From contig DATITC010000016.1 in the NCBI GenBank assembly GCA_035468175.1, forward strand, positions 8,547 through 72,546: 64,000 nucleotides of DNA. The letters are read 5' to 3'. Position numbers and translations under genes: made by a program. Every line of letters starts with the position of its first letter. Positions within the stretch are counted from its first letter, which is position 1. This DNA is from Frankiaceae bacterium. Its GTDB lineage: Bacteria > Actinomycetota > Actinomycetes > Frankiales > Frankiaceae. Shown piece by piece: positions 36,627-45,851 of this stretch. The notes beneath the pieces are model-generated. The model saw nothing but the letters and a program-made list of their open reading frames with translations. It ran no database searches and was not told the origin of the DNA.

Positions 36627-37603
36627 CCGGAGTCCGGGACGCGGTCCTGCTCGGCATCGGGGAACACCGAGCTGCTGGCGTCCTTACCAACGCGGACCTC
36701 GAGGCCCGGTTGGACACGTCGGACGAATGGATCCGGCGGCGCACCGGCATCGTGACCCGCCGCATCGCCGCTCCCGAGGAGAGCATCGTCGGGATGGGCG
36801 CCGATGCCGGCGCCAAGGCGCTGGCCGCCGCCGGGATCGACCCGGCCGAGCTCGACCTCGTCATCCTGGCCAGCTGCACGGCCCAGCGCCCGATCCCCGG
36901 GCTCGCGCCCCAGGTCGCCGAGCAGCTCGGCGCCTCGGGTGCCGGTGCGTTCGACGTCAACGGTGGCTGCGCCGGCTTCTGCTACTCGTTGGCGATGGCC
37001 GCGGACAGCGTGCGAGCGGGCAGCGCCTCGAAGGTCCTGGTCGTCGCCTCCGAGCGGCTGACCGACTGGGTGGACCAGGACGACCGCTCGATGGTCATCC
37101 TGTTCGGGGACGGCGCCGGAGCGGCTGTCGTCGGGGCCGCCGCTTCCGGGGCCGATACCGGGCCGGCCGCCACCCGCAAGGGACCGGTCGGCATCGGGCC
37201 CGTCGCCTGGGGTCACGAGGGCGCCAACGCCCCGGTCATCGAGATCCGGGACGAGTTCATGCAGATGCAGGGCAGCGCCGTGTTCCGTTGGGCCACGACA
37301 GTGCTGGTCCCCGTCGCCCGCCGGGCCTGCGAGCTCGCCGGGATCGAACCGTCCGACCTCGCCGCCGTCGTGCCGCACCAGGCCAACCTCAGAATCCTCG
37401 AGGCGATGGCGCGCTCGCTCGGCGCCACCGACGCGGTGTTGGCGCGGGACGTCGTCGACAACGGCAACAGCTCGGCGGCGTCGGTGCCGCTGGCCCTGGC
37501 CCGCCTGGTCGAGTCCGGCGAGGTGCAGAGCGGCGACCTCGCGCTGCTGTTCGCATTCGGCGCTGGGCTGACCTACGCAGGTCAGGTCGTCCGCATCCCC
37601 TGA
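36623..37603 (+). CDS. fabH: beta-ketoacyl-ACP synthase III
   Basis: GTGA overlap with fabD. DEWIRRRTGI, NGGCAGF (Cys), HQANLRI and GNSSAAS motifs. Confidence 0.92.
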   Translation: MTGVRDAVLLGIGEHRAAGVLTNADLEARLDTSDEWIRRRTGIVTRRIAAPEESIVGMGADAGAKALAAAGIDPAELDLVILASCTAQRPIPGLAPQVAEQLGASGAGAFDVNGGCAGFCYSLAMAADSVRAGSASKVLVVASERLTDWVDQDDRSMVILFGDGAGAAVVGAAASGADTGPAATRKGPVGIGPVAWGHEGANAPVIEIRDEFMQMQGSAVFRWATTVLVPVARRACELAGIEPSDLAAVVPHQANLRILEAMARSLGATDAVLARDVVDNGNSSAASVPLALARLVESGEVQSGDLALLFAFGAGLTYAGQVVRIP

Positions 37604-37647
37604 TTTGCACGACCGTGCACGAATCACCCGAAAAGAAGGAGTTCCAG

Positions 37648-37896
37648 ATGACCCAGCAGGAGATCCTCGCCGGCTTCGCCGAGATCCTCGACGAGATCGC
37701 GGGCGTCGCCGCCGCCGACGTCACCCCCGAGAAGAGCTTTCTCGACGACCTCGACCTCGACTCGCTCACGATGGTCGAGGTCGCGACCGCGGCCGAGGAC
37801 AAGTTCAACGTCAGCATCCCCGACGACGACCTGAAGGACCTCAAGACGGTTCAGGACGCGGTGACCTACGTGGAGAAGGCCGGTGTCGCCGCGTGA
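37648..37896 (+). CDS. acpP: acyl carrier protein
   Basis: ATG after AAGGAG. FLDDLDLDSLTMVE phosphopantetheine-attachment Ser. Confidence 0.93.
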   Translation: MTQQEILAGFAEILDEIAGVAAADVTPEKSFLDDLDLDSLTMVEVATAAEDKFNVSIPDDDLKDLKTVQDAVTYVEKAGVAA

Positions 37897-37924
37897 CGGA
37901 TGCGACTGGTCGCCGCGTGACGGA
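37885..37924. repeat. 16-nt direct repeat with a 24-nt period across the acpP stop / fabF start
   Basis: gtcgccgcgtgacgga at 37885-37900 and 37909-37924. Each copy carries a GTGA. Confidence 0.9.
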
Positions 37925-39173
37925 GGCGAACGGCCGGGCCGCCGTCGTCATCACCGGGCTCGGTGCCCTGACCCCCCTCGGCGTCGATGTCGCGTCGACG
38001 TGGAAGGGGCTCCTGGCCGGAGCGAACGCGACGGCGCTGCTCGACCAGGAGTGGGCCGCCGACCTGCCCGTGCGGATCGCCGCCCCGCTCGCCACCCGGC
38101 CGGACGGTTCGAGTCCGCTGGACGCGATCCCGCGGGCCCAAGCACGTCGGCTGGACCGGGTGCAGCAGCTCGCGCTGCTCGCCGCCCGTGAGGCCTGGGC
38201 CGACGCCGGCACGCCCGAGGTCGAACCGGAGCGGCTCGCCGTCGTCGTCGCGTCCGGCATCGGCGGAGTGCAGACGCTGCTCGCGCAGTACGACGTGCTG
38301 AAGGAGCGCGGCGCCTCCCGCGTCAGCCCGCACCTGGTACCGATGCTGATGCCGAACGGCGCAGCGGCCGTCGTCGAGCTGGAGTTCGGCGCGAGGGCCG
38401 GCACGCACACCCCCGTCTCCGCCTGTGCCTCCGGCGCCGAGGCGATCGCCTACGGGCTGGACCTGATCCGGGCCGGGCGGGCCGACGTGGTGCTCGCCGG
38501 TGGATCCGAGGCGGCCATCCACGCGCTGCCGCTGGCCGGTTTCGCCGCGATGCGGGCACTGTCGCCGCGCAACGACGACCCCGCCTCGGCGTCCCGGCCG
38601 TTCGACAAGGCGCGCGACGGCTTCGTCCTCGGTGAGGGGGCCGGCATCGTCGTGCTCGAACGCGCCTCCTTCGCCGAAGCCCGGGGCGCCCGCCCGGTGG
38701 CCACCCTGCTCGGCAGCGGGGCCAGCAGCGACGCGCACCACATCGCCGCTCCCGAGCCGCACGGAGCGGGAGCCGCCCGCGCCCTGTCGCTCGCGCTGGC
38801 CGACGCCGGCGTCGCGCCCGACGACGTGGCCCACATCAACGCGCACGCCACCTCCACCCCGCTCGGTGATGTCGCCGAAGCGCGGGCCATCCGCACCGCG
38901 TTCGGTTCCGCCGCGGACTCGGTGGTCGTGAGCGCCACCAAGGGCAGCACCGGCCATCTGCTGGGGGCCGCCGGGGCGATCGAGGCCATCGCGACCGTGC
39001 TGGCCCTGAAGGAAGGGACCGCACCCCCGACCCGCAACCTCACCGATCCGGACGACGAGGTCGACCTCGACGTCGCCGCCGTCGACCCGCGTCCGCTGCC
39101 GGCCGGCGCCGTCGGCGTTTCCAACGCCTTCGGCTTCGGCGGTCACAACCTCACGCTCGTCTTCGGGGCCTGA
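37893..39173 (+). CDS. fabF: beta-ketoacyl-ACP synthase II
   Basis: VSACASGAEAI, NAHATSTPLGD and GHLLGAAG motifs. GTG 37893 overlaps the acpP TGA. A duplicated GTG at 37917 is an alternative start. Confidence 0.92.
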   Translation: MTDATGRRVTEANGRAAVVITGLGALTPLGVDVASTWKGLLAGANATALLDQEWAADLPVRIAAPLATRPDGSSPLDAIPRAQARRLDRVQQLALLAAREAWADAGTPEVEPERLAVVVASGIGGVQTLLAQYDVLKERGASRVSPHLVPMLMPNGAAAVVELEFGARAGTHTPVSACASGAEAIAYGLDLIRAGRADVVLAGGSEAAIHALPLAGFAAMRALSPRNDDPASASRPFDKARDGFVLGEGAGIVVLERASFAEARGARPVATLLGSGASSDAHHIAAPEPHGAGAARALSLALADAGVAPDDVAHINAHATSTPLGDVAEARAIRTAFGSAADSVVVSATKGSTGHLLGAAGAIEAIATVLALKEGTAPPTRNLTDPDDEVDLDVAAVDPRPLPAGAVGVSNAFGFGGHNLTLVFGA

Positions 39174-39177
39174 CCGC

Positions 39178-39948
39178 ATGGGTCTGCTCGAGGGGAAGAC
39201 GTTGCTCGTCACCGGTGTCCTGACCGAGGCCTCGATCGCCTTCGGGGTGGCCCGGATCGCCCAGCAGGAGGGTGCGACGGTCGTTCTTACCGGCTTCGGA
39301 CGCGGCCTCGGGATCACCCGACGGGTGGCGCGGCGGCTGCCCTCCGAACCGGCCGTGCTCGAACTCGACGTGACCTCCGAGGACGACCTCACCTCGTTGC
39401 CGGACCGGCTCCGCGAGGTCGGGGTCGACGCGCTCGACGGCGTCCTGCACGCGATCGGGTTCGCCCCGGCGGGAGCGCTCGGCGGCAACTTCATGACTGC
39501 CACCTGGTCCGACGTCGCGACCGCCGTCCAGATCTCGACGTACTCGCTCATGTCGCTGGCCCGGGCCGCCCGGCCCCTGCTGACGGAGCGATCGGCGGTG
39601 GTCGGTCTGACCTTCGACGCAACCGTCGCCTGGCCCGTCTACGACTGGATGGGCGTCGCCAAGGCGGGCCTCGAATCGGCGTCGCGATACCTGGCCCGGG
39701 AACTGGGTCCCTCCGGGATCCGCGTGAACCTGGTCGCCGCCGGCCCGCTCCGCACGATGGCGGCCAAGTCGATCCCGGGGTTCGAGGCCTTCGAGACCAC
39801 CTGGGAGGAGCGGGCTCCGTTGGGCTGGGACATCCGGGACTCCGAGCCGGCGGCACGGGCCTGCGTCGCGCTGCTGTCCGACTGGTTCCCCGCCACCACC
39901 GGGGAGATCGTGCACGTCGACGGCGGGGTGCACGCCGTCGGGGCGTGA
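39178..39948 (+). CDS. fabI: enoyl-ACP reductase (FabI/InhA-type)
   Basis: MGLLEGKTLLVTGVLTEASIAFGVARIAQQEGA...YDWMGVAKAGLES (Y..K) SDR-type FabI pattern. Confidence 0.88.
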   Translation: MGLLEGKTLLVTGVLTEASIAFGVARIAQQEGATVVLTGFGRGLGITRRVARRLPSEPAVLELDVTSEDDLTSLPDRLREVGVDALDGVLHAIGFAPAGALGGNFMTATWSDVATAVQISTYSLMSLARAARPLLTERSAVVGLTFDATVAWPVYDWMGVAKAGLESASRYLARELGPSGIRVNLVAAGPLRTMAAKSIPGFEAFETTWEERAPLGWDIRDSEPAARACVALLSDWFPATTGEIVHVDGGVHAVGA

Positions 39949-39958
39949 TCCATCTGTC

Positions 39959-40018
39959 GGGGGTCGGTGATCCAGGGGTCGGCGATCCGGGAATCGGCGA
40001 TCCGGGATTCACGGTTCT
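39959..40018. repeat. 15-nt tandem repeat (3 good copies plus 1 degenerate) between fabI and tlpA
   Basis: gggggtcggtgatcc / aggggtcggcgatcc / gggaatcggcgatcc / gggattcacggttct. Confidence 0.85.
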
Positions 40019-40076
40019 TGGTCCGCATGTCGACTTCCTCACGGAACGGACACAGCTTCGCGGGTCATACTTGGGT

Positions 40077-40652
40077 GTGCGCGTTCGGCAGGGGGTCGTC
40101 GGCCTGCTGACGTGTGCGCTGCTCGCCGGGGCCGCCGCCTGCGGCGGCAGTCCGGAACAGGGTGCCGGCGGCAACTACGGGTTCGTGAGCGCCGGCTCAC
40201 CCGGGCTGGACCAGGTCGCGATCACCGAGCGGAAGCCCGCGCCCGCCTTGACCGGCTCCCAGGTGGACGGTCAGCCGTTCGACCCGGCCACGACCCGCGG
40301 GTCGGTCACTGTCGTCAACTTCTGGGCCTCGTGGTGCGGCCCGTGCCGCGGCGAGACGCCGAACCTCGAAGCCGTCGCCAAGCAGACCACGCCGTCGGGC
40401 GTCCGCTTCGTCGGGGTCAACGTCAAGGACTCGAAGGCCGCGGCTGCGTCGTTCATGCGCGACAAGGGCGTGACCTACCCCAGCCTCTACGACGACGACG
40501 GCAGCCTTGCCGCGCGCTGGCCGATCGCCGTTGGACTGCCGTCCACCGTCGTGCTGGACCGGCACGGACGCATCGCGGCGCGCTTCACCGCCGCCGTCGA
40601 CCAGAACCAGCTGCTGCCGGTGGTGCAGCGCGTGGCGGGCGAGGCCACGTGA
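40077..40652 (+). CDS. TlpA/ResA-family thiol-disulfide oxidoreductase, probable lipoprotein
   Basis: VNFWASWCGPCRGETP CxxC motif. Lipobox LLAGAAAC after GTG 40077 (TTG 40071 is also possible). The track ORF is open from GTG 39945. Confidence 0.85.
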   Translation: MRVRQGVVGLLTCALLAGAAACGGSPEQGAGGNYGFVSAGSPGLDQVAITERKPAPALTGSQVDGQPFDPATTRGSVTVVNFWASWCGPCRGETPNLEAVAKQTTPSGVRFVGVNVKDSKAAAASFMRDKGVTYPSLYDDDGSLAARWPIAVGLPSTVVLDRHGRIAARFTAAVDQNQLLPVVQRVAGEAT

Positions 40653-41512
40653 GCACGGCCCAGTTCGTCACCGACGGCCCGTTGCTGCTGGCCCTGCCGG
40701 TGGCGGCCGCCGCCGGGCTCGTCTCGTTCCTGTCGCCCTGCGTGCTGCCGCTGGTGCCCGGCTACCTCTCCTACGTCGCCGGGCTGACCGGGCGCGAGTT
40801 GGAGGAAGGTGCGACTCCGCCCGCCGTGCCCGCCGTGCCCACCGCCGCCGTTCCGAGCGGCTCCGGCGGGACCGCGACGCTCGTCCGTCCCGCGTCGAGC
40901 CAGCCTCGGGCGCACACACCGGTCCGGGGCCGGGTCGTTGCCGGTGCGGCCCTGTTCGTCCTCGGGTTCACCGTGGTGTTCGTCGGCTACGGCGCCCTGT
41001 TCGGCTCGGTCGGCAGCACCCTGCGGGTCCACCAGCGCGGCATCGAACAGGTGCTGGGTGCGATCACCATCGTCCTCGGGCTGGCGTTCGCCGGCGCGTT
41101 CGCCCGTCTCCCGCTCGCCAACCGCGAGTGGCGGATGCGCCGGCTGCCGGCCCGCGGGCTGGTCGGTGCTCCGGTGCTCGGGGTGCTGTTCGGCATCGGC
41201 TGGACGCCGTGCATCGGACCGACGCTGGTCGCGGTCCAGGGACTCGCGCTGAACAGTGCCACCGCCGGTCGGGGAGCCACCCTGTCCGCGGCCTACTGTG
41301 TCGGGCTCGGCCTGCCCTTCCTGCTCGTGGCGGTAGCGGTCCGCCGGGGGCTCGGCGCGCTCGCCGCGGTCCGTCGGCACACCCGGCTGGTCACGGTGCT
41401 CGGTGGCCTGCTGCTCGTCGTGGTCGGCCTGCTCGAGCTGACCGGGACGTGGAACGACCTGATCCTGCACCTCCGCGGCGTCCTGCCCGGCTTCGGGGAG
41501 ACACCACTGTGA
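40649..41512 (+). CDS. ccdA: cytochrome c biogenesis protein CcdA
   Basis: GTGA overlap with the upstream gene. VSFLSPCVLPLVPGYLSYV signature; polytopic membrane protein. Confidence 0.9.
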   Translation: MSTAQFVTDGPLLLALPVAAAAGLVSFLSPCVLPLVPGYLSYVAGLTGRELEEGATPPAVPAVPTAAVPSGSGGTATLVRPASSQPRAHTPVRGRVVAGAALFVLGFTVVFVGYGALFGSVGSTLRVHQRGIEQVLGAITIVLGLAFAGAFARLPLANREWRMRRLPARGLVGAPVLGVLFGIGWTPCIGPTLVAVQGLALNSATAGRGATLSAAYCVGLGLPFLLVAVAVRRGLGALAAVRRHTRLVTVLGGLLLVVVGLLELTGTWNDLILHLRGVLPGFGETPL

Positions 41513-43320
41513 GCGTCGAGACCCCGAGCAGCAGCGTCCCGAGTGGGGTGCCGATCGATGACCCCGTCGACCGCGAGTGGGAGTCCGGCCTCGAACCCGC
41601 CGCCGTCCGCCGGGACCGCGAGGCCGCCGAGGCCAAGGCCGCCGGGACGCCGGCGCCCCGACGTCCGAAGGGAACGCGCTCGCGCGCCGTCGCCACCCTC
41701 GCCGCGGCCTGGCGGCAGCTGACCAGCATGCGCACCGCGCTGCTGCTGCTCCTGCTGCTGGCGGTGGCGGCCGTTCCGGGGTCGATCTTCCCGCAGCGTC
41801 CGGTCAACCCCCTGCGGGTCGACCAGTACCTGCAGCAGCACCCGAGCATCGGCCCGTTCCTCGACCGGCTGCACGCGTTCAACGTGTTCACCGCGCCGTG
41901 GTTCTCCGCGATCTACGTACTGCTCATGGTGTCGCTGGTCGGTTGCGTGGTGCCGCGGCTGCGGATGCACATCCGGACGCTGCTCGCGCCCCCGCCGAAG
42001 GCACCGGCGCACCCGGCCCGGCTGCCGGTCGGCACGTCCTGGACGACCGACCTTCCGCCGGACCAGGCTGTGGCCGAAGCACGCGCGGTGCTGCGCAAGG
42101 CCCGCTTCCGAGCCGTCCTCGGAGACCCCGCGAACGGCACCACCGTCGCCGCGGAGAAGGGCCTGCTGCGCGAGACCGGCAACCTGCTGTTCCACTTCTC
42201 GCTCATCGCGGTCCTGGTCGGCATCGCGATCGGCAGCCTGTTCGGCTACTCCGGCTCGGTCCTGGTGCCGGAGGGGCGGACGTTCACCAACACGCTGGTG
42301 GCCTACGACGCATTCACCCCCGGCGCCCGCGTGGACCAGGCCCGGCTGCAGCCGTTCTCGTTCACCCTCGATGACTTCTCCGCCCGGTACCGGGCCTCCG
42401 GTGAGCCGGCCGACTTCGTCGCCGCGCTGCACTACCGGACCGGGTTCGACGGGCCGGAGCACACCGGCGTCCTGAAGGTCAACAAGCCGCTGACGTTCGG
42501 GCAGACGAAGGTCTACCTGACCGGGCACGGCTACGCGCCGCACTTCGTCCTGCGCGACCGCACCGGCCGCGTGGTGTTCGACGACTACGTGCCCTGCACT
42601 CCCCGCGGCGGCACCGAACCCGTCCGGTCGTCCTGCACGGTGAAGATCCCGGACGCCGGACTGGCGCCGAAAGGGCAGCTCAAGGTCCCGCAGCAGCTCG
42701 CCTTCCGTGCCTCGCTGATCGCGGACCCGGTGGGCGGGACGCCGGAGCTGAAAGGTCCGCAGCTGCAGCTTAGCTCGTTCGTCGGCGACCTGCACCTCGA
42801 CGAAGGCACCCCGCAGAACGTCTACTCGCTCGACCCGAGCGGACTCGACCCCATCCGCACCACCGGTGCCGGCGGTAGCAACCAGCTCATCCAGACGGTG
42901 AACGTCGGCCCCGGCCCGGACGGCACCGTCAGCGCGCTGCCCGACGGGCTGACCCTCAGCGTCGACGGCATCCGGGACTGGTCGGTGTTCGCGGTGAAGC
43001 ACGACCCGGGCAAGAGCCTGGTGCTGATCGCTGCGGTGCTGCTGCTGATCGGACTGGTGCTCACGCTCACCATCCGCCGACGGCGGATCTGGGTGCGGGC
43101 CGTGGCCGTCCCGGGCTCGTCTGGCGGGGCTGGCGGGGCTGAAGGGGCCGGCACCGTCGGGGCGGCCCCCAGCCGTACGCTGCTAGAGGTCGGAGGAGTG
43201 GCCCGCGTGGGTGACATCTCCGCTGAGTTCGACGAGCTGGCGGCCCGCCTGCGGCACCGCCTGCCGGAGTCACCTGCACCATCGACCGCCGAACGGGAGA
43301 CCCGTGTCGAAGCTCTCTGA
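41509..43320 (+). CDS. resB: cytochrome c biogenesis protein ResB/Ccs1
   Basis: GTGA overlap with ccdA. LTSMRTALLLLLLLAVAAVPGSIFPQR N-terminal ResB signature. Confidence 0.88.
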   Translation: MSVETPSSSVPSGVPIDDPVDREWESGLEPAAVRRDREAAEAKAAGTPAPRRPKGTRSRAVATLAAAWRQLTSMRTALLLLLLLAVAAVPGSIFPQRPVNPLRVDQYLQQHPSIGPFLDRLHAFNVFTAPWFSAIYVLLMVSLVGCVVPRLRMHIRTLLAPPPKAPAHPARLPVGTSWTTDLPPDQAVAEARAVLRKARFRAVLGDPANGTTVAAEKGLLRETGNLLFHFSLIAVLVGIAIGSLFGYSGSVLVPEGRTFTNTLVAYDAFTPGARVDQARLQPFSFTLDDFSARYRASGEPADFVAALHYRTGFDGPEHTGVLKVNKPLTFGQTKVYLTGHGYAPHFVLRDRTGRVVFDDYVPCTPRGGTEPVRSSCTVKIPDAGLAPKGQLKVPQQLAFRASLIADPVGGTPELKGPQLQLSSFVGDLHLDEGTPQNVYSLDPSGLDPIRTTGAGGSNQLIQTVNVGPGPDGTVSALPDGLTLSVDGIRDWSVFAVKHDPGKSLVLIAAVLLLIGLVLTLTIRRRRIWVRAVAVPGSSGGAGGAEGAGTVGAAPSRTLLEVGGVARVGDISAEFDELAARLRHRLPESPAPSTAERETRVEAL

Positions 43321-44344
43321 CCACCTGTTCCTGGTCACCATCCTGGTCTACGCGGTCGCGATGGTGGCCTTCGCGGCCGACCTCGCCTTCCGTCGCCAGG
43401 TCGTGCCGATCTTCCGCTCCGGCGACGTGATCAGGCGGACCCCGCAGGCGACCCGGGTGGACGAGCGCGAGCTCGTCGGGGCCGGGGTCTCGACGGGACC
43501 TGGTGGCCGGAGCAGCTCGCTGCCGGTCGACCCGCCCCGCTCCTCTGCGGCATCGGCCGGATCGTCGGGCGCCGGTGGACCGGGAGAGGGTGACGACGCC
43601 GGCGGACACTTCACGTGGCTGGCCCGCGCTGCGGTGGGCCTCACCGCGCTCGGTTGGCTGATCCACCTCGCCACCATCGTCACCCGGGGCATCGCCGCCC
43701 GGCGGGTGCCGTGGGGCAACATGTTCGAGTTCTCCACGGTCGCGGCGTTCATCTGCGTGACGGCGTTCCTGGTCCTGCTCGCGAAGCAGCGGGCCCGCTG
43801 GCTCGGCACCTTCGTCCTGCTGCCGGTGGTGCTCTACCTCGGCCTCGCGGGGACCGTGCTCTACAAGTCGGCCGGCCCGCTGGTGCCGGCGCTGAACTCG
43901 TACTGGCTGAAGATCCACGTCCTCGCCGCCATCACCGCGAGCGGCCTGTTCTTCGTGAGCGGCATCGTGGCCCTGCTGTACCTGGCGAAGAGCTACCGGC
44001 CGGACGGCCCGATGCTTTCCCGCCTCCCGGCCGCGGAGAAGCTCGACCGGATCACCTACGGCATCGTCGCTCTGTCCTTTCCGATCTGGACCTTCGCGGT
44101 CATCGCGGGTGCCATCTGGGCCGAGGCGGCGTGGGGCCGGTACTGGGGCTGGGACCCGAAGGAGACCTGGTCGTTCATCACCTGGGTCATCTACGCCGGT
44201 TACCTGCACGCCCGCTCCACCGCCGGCTGGCGCGGCCGCCGGGCCGCCTGGTTCGCGGTCGCTGCCTTCGCCGCGTTGATCGTGAACTACTACGTGGTCA
44301 ACATCTGGATCGTCGGCCTGCACAGCTACGCCGGCGTGGGCTAG
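43304..44344 (+). CDS. ccsB: c-type cytochrome biogenesis protein CcsB/ResC
   Basis: WAEAAWGRYWGWDPKETWS heme-handling WWD motif. GTG 43304 after GGGAGA. Confidence 0.9.
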   Translation: MSKLSDHLFLVTILVYAVAMVAFAADLAFRRQVVPIFRSGDVIRRTPQATRVDERELVGAGVSTGPGGRSSSLPVDPPRSSAASAGSSGAGGPGEGDDAGGHFTWLARAAVGLTALGWLIHLATIVTRGIAARRVPWGNMFEFSTVAAFICVTAFLVLLAKQRARWLGTFVLLPVVLYLGLAGTVLYKSAGPLVPALNSYWLKIHVLAAITASGLFFVSGIVALLYLAKSYRPDGPMLSRLPAAEKLDRITYGIVALSFPIWTFAVIAGAIWAEAAWGRYWGWDPKETWSFITWVIYAGYLHARSTAGWRGRRAAWFAVAAFAALIVNYYVVNIWIVGLHSYAGVG

Positions 44345-44382
44345 TACCGGAATCGGAGGCTCTCACCTGACAGAATCGCTGC

Positions 44383-45834
44383 GTGGCATCGACGCCGGCT
44401 GATCTCCGCGACTTCCTCCGCGCACTCGAGCGCGAGGGTGACCTGAAGCGCATCCGGGCCGAGGTCGATCCATACCTCGAGGTCGCCGAGATCACCCAGC
44501 GCGTGGTCCGCGGGCAGGGCCCGGCGCTGCTGTTCGAGAACGTCCGTGGCTCGTCGATGCCGCTGGCGATGAACGTGTTCGGCACCGAGCGGAGGATGGC
44601 GAAAGCCCTCGGGGTGGAGCGCCTCGACGAGATCGGCGATCGGATCGCCGGCCTCCTCAAGCCCGAGCTGCCGCAGGGCTGGGGCGGCATGCGGGAGGCG
44701 TTCGGCAAGCTCGCCAGCCTCCGCGCCGTCCCGCCGAAGAAGGTCAGCACGGCACCGTGCCAGGACGTCGTCCTCACGGGCCCGGACGTCGACCTGACCC
44801 TTCTCCCCGGCATCCAGGCCTGGCCGGACGACGGCGGCATCTTCCTCAACCTCGGCCTCACCCACACGAAGCACCCCGAGACCGGCGCCCGCAACCTCGG
44901 CATGTATCGGCTTCAGCAGCACGACGAGCGCACCCTCGGCATGCACTGGCAGATCCACAAGGACTCCAACGCCCACCACGCGGTCGCCGAGCGCCGCGGG
45001 GAGCGGTTGCCGGTCGCCATCGCGTTCGGCTGCGACCCGGCCATCACTTACGCCGCCAGCGCGCCGCTCCCCCCGGAGATCGACGAGTACCTGTTCGCGG
45101 GATTCCTCCGCGGGTCGCGGGTCGAGATGGTCGACTGCCTCACCGTGCCGCTGCAGGTCCCGGCGCACGCCCAGATCGTCGTCGAGGGCTGGCTCGAGCC
45201 CGGCACCCGGCTGCCGGAGGGTCCATTCGGCGATCACACCGGCTTCTACACACCGGTCGAGCCGTTCCCCGCGTTGACCATCGACTGCATGACGATGCAG
45301 CGCGAGCCGGTGTTCCAGACGATCGTCGTCGGTCGCCCGCCGCAGGAGGACGGGCCGATCGGCAAGGCGACCGAGCGCATCTTCCTGCCGCTGATCCGCC
45401 TCACCGTGCCGGAGATCGTCGACTACGACCTCCCGGTCGAGGGCGTGTTCCACAACTGCTGCATCGTCTCGATCGACAAGCGCTACCCGAAGCACGCGCA
45501 GAAGGTCATGAACGCGATCTGGGGAGCAGGGTTGCTGTCGCTCTCGAAGCTGATCGTCGTGGTCGATGCCGACTGCAACGTGCACGACTACTCCGAGGTG
45601 GCCTGGCGGGCCTTCGGCAACGTCGACTATCGGCACGACCTGCTGACGAGCATCGGCCCGGTCGACCACCTGGACCACGGCTCGTACACCCAGTTCTGGG
45701 GCGGAAAGGCCGGCCTCGACGCCACCCGCAAGCTGCCGACCGAGGGCTACGACCGCGGCTGGCCGGCGGAGTGCGTCATGGACCCGGGGATGGTGGCCCA
45801 GGTGGACCGGCGGTGGACGGAGCTGGGCTTGTGA
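44383..45834 (+). CDS. menaquinone biosynthesis decarboxylase (UbiD family)
   Basis: LRDFLRALEREGDLKRIRAEVDPYLEVAEI...PGIQAWPDDGG UbiD-family pattern. Clustered with UbiA-like and ubiX genes. Confidence 0.88.
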   Translation: MASTPADLRDFLRALEREGDLKRIRAEVDPYLEVAEITQRVVRGQGPALLFENVRGSSMPLAMNVFGTERRMAKALGVERLDEIGDRIAGLLKPELPQGWGGMREAFGKLASLRAVPPKKVSTAPCQDVVLTGPDVDLTLLPGIQAWPDDGGIFLNLGLTHTKHPETGARNLGMYRLQQHDERTLGMHWQIHKDSNAHHAVAERRGERLPVAIAFGCDPAITYAASAPLPPEIDEYLFAGFLRGSRVEMVDCLTVPLQVPAHAQIVVEGWLEPGTRLPEGPFGDHTGFYTPVEPFPALTIDCMTMQREPVFQTIVVGRPPQEDGPIGKATERIFLPLIRLTVPEIVDYDLPVEGVFHNCCIVSIDKRYPKHAQKVMNAIWGAGLLSLSKLIVVVDADCNVHDYSEVAWRAFGNVDYRHDLLTSIGPVDHLDHGSYTQFWGGKAGLDATRKLPTEGYDRGWPAECVMDPGMVAQVDRRWTELGL

Positions 45835-45851
45835 AGGAGCTGGGCTTGTGA
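45819..45851. repeat. 16-nt direct repeat with a 17-nt period across the UbiD-like stop / UbiA-like start
   Basis: ggagctgggcttgtga at 45819-45834 and 45836-45851. Confidence 0.9.

Noticed and set aside
35444-37627. 727-aa minus-strand ORF, and similar long antisense frames (3226..4542, 4097..5521, 37866..39551, 41293..43002, 50168..52162, 25565..26545)
   Set aside because: All overlap strongly supported genes on the other strand and are Arg/Pro/Gly/Ala-rich with no motifs. They are the expected stop-codon-poor antisense frames of a high-GC genome.
39945-40076. GTG 39945 as the true start of the TlpA-like gene
   Set aside because: It would place 44 residues, including the GDP repeats, ahead of a lipoprotein signal peptide, which must be N-terminal. 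It is kept only as an alternative under the findings.
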